Assembly (NCBI GenBank): GCA_964012805.1
Contig: CAXGUD010000007.1
Coordinates: 88,931-120,930, forward strand
Source of the DNA: an uncultured Bacteriovoracaceae bacterium
Lineage (GTDB): Bacteria; Bdellovibrionota; Bacteriovoracia; Bacteriovoracales; Bacteriovoracaceae
Length of the DNA: 32,000 nucleotides
Direction of reading: 5' to 3'
The notes below the pieces were generated by a model that was not told where the DNA came from, did not search any database, and saw only the letters and a program-made list of their open reading frames with translations. This document shows positions 31,490 through 32,000 of the stretch, piece by piece. Numbering within the stretch: position 1 is the stretch's first letter; every line of letters begins with the position of its first letter. The position numbers were made by a program, and so were the translations under genes.

Positions 31490-32000
31490 ATGAAATTAAT
31501 GGCTAAAACGAGGAACATTGGTATTTCTGCTCACATTGATTCGGGCAAGACAACCCTCACAGAAAGAATCCTTTACTATTGTGACATGATTCACAAAATT
31601 GAGGACGTTCGAGGTGGTGGTGCCGGAGCTAAGATGGACCATATGGAACTTGAAAAAGAAAAAGGGATTACAATTACTTCTGCTGCTACGACAGTTCATT
31701 GGAAAGGGTCTCAGGATAAGGGAATTGAAGGTGCCGAAGGTGGCGGAAAAGATATTCGTGTAAATATTATTGACACTCCAGGTCACGTTGACTTTACTGT
31801 TGAAGTTGAAAGATCCTTGAGGGTTCTTGATGGAGCGGTACTTGTTTTATGTTCTGTGGCTGGTGTTCAATCACAGTCAATTACAGTTGATAGACAAATG
31901 AGGCGTTATCATGTTCCTAGAGTCTGCTTTTTAAATAAAATGGACAGAATGGGTGCCAACCCTTGGAATGGAGTGAAGGCTCTTAAAGAAAAGTTAAAGC
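31490..32000 (+). CDS. fusA: Elongation factor G (mitochondrial-type / spd EF-G1-like), 3' end outside the window
   Basis: Not in the ORF track because no stop codon falls in the window. Hand translation: [30 protein letters not shown]...[21 protein letters not shown]...[69 protein letters not shown]1-G4 GTPase motifs are intact. GTGGAG SD lies 7 nt upstream. Confidence 0.9.
   Translation, partial: MKLMAKTRNIGISAHIDSGKTTLTERILYYCDMIHKIEDVRGGGAGAKMDHMELEKEKGITITSAATTVHWKGSQDKGIEGAEGGGKDIRVNIIDTPGHVDFTVEVERSLRVLDGAVLVLCSVAGVQSQSITVDRQMRRYHVPRVCFLNKMDRMGANPWNGVKALKEKLK

Noticed and set aside
31496-31786. A 96-aa minus-strand ORF from the track.
   Set aside because: It is antisense to the EF-G N-terminal GTPase domain, which is unmistakable on the plus strand. 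The plus-strand gene is missing from the track only because it has no stop in the window.
1-32000. I looked for CRISPR arrays, IS/transposase or integrase genes, tRNA/rRNA/SRP-RNA signatures (e.g. GGTTCGAATCC-type T-loops) and long direct repeats.
   Set aside because: None was seen by eye. The only T-loop-like string (ggttcaatgcc near 17361) lies inside the bfd CDS with no acceptor-stem pairing. A covariance-model scan (tRNAscan-SE or Infernal) would be needed to exclude small ncRNAs in the long leaders at 28544-28662 and 31341-31489.

Overview
AT-rich (roughly mid-30s % GC by eye) chromosomal segment from a diderm bacterium. BamB, TatA, several lipobox lipoproteins and a mitochondrial-type (spd-group) EF-G make a Bdellovibrionota or delta-proteobacteria-like lineage plausible. 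That placement is inference only. I support 28 protein-coding genes. Most are housekeeping: yfgM-like TPR and bamB; dus; a HAD phosphatase; ffh-rpsP-KH; a CheY-like receiver; a bfd / MBL hydrolase / tatA string; glmM-pdxJ-nnr-tsaE; an Rrf2 regulator plus cysteine desulfurase; fusA. I found no rRNA, tRNA, CRISPR array, IS or transposase, or integrase. The least ordinary region is 1.7-9.9 kb on the minus strand. It holds a 1774-aa cysteine-rich lipoprotein with no recognisable catalytic motif, followed closely by a secreted Cys-containing orphan and an EEP-family nuclease/phosphatase, then another orphan lipoprotein. Other items worth a second look: (1) a PilZ-like/GAF/AAA+/Fis-HTH regulator whose AAA+ module lacks the GAFTGA sigma-54 contact loop and has a Walker B D-to-K change; (2) a 521-aa MurQ/GCKR-like SIS protein; (3) a cluster-less Rrf2 regulator paired with a scaffold-less class I cysteine desulfurase, as in cymR-yrvO; (4) an ATP-grasp ligase divergent from a secreted M14 peptidase; (5) a FecR-domain protein with a possible beta-barrel tail; (6) a 52-aa tatA missing from the ORF track. 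All functional calls come from motif recognition by eye. No database search was run.
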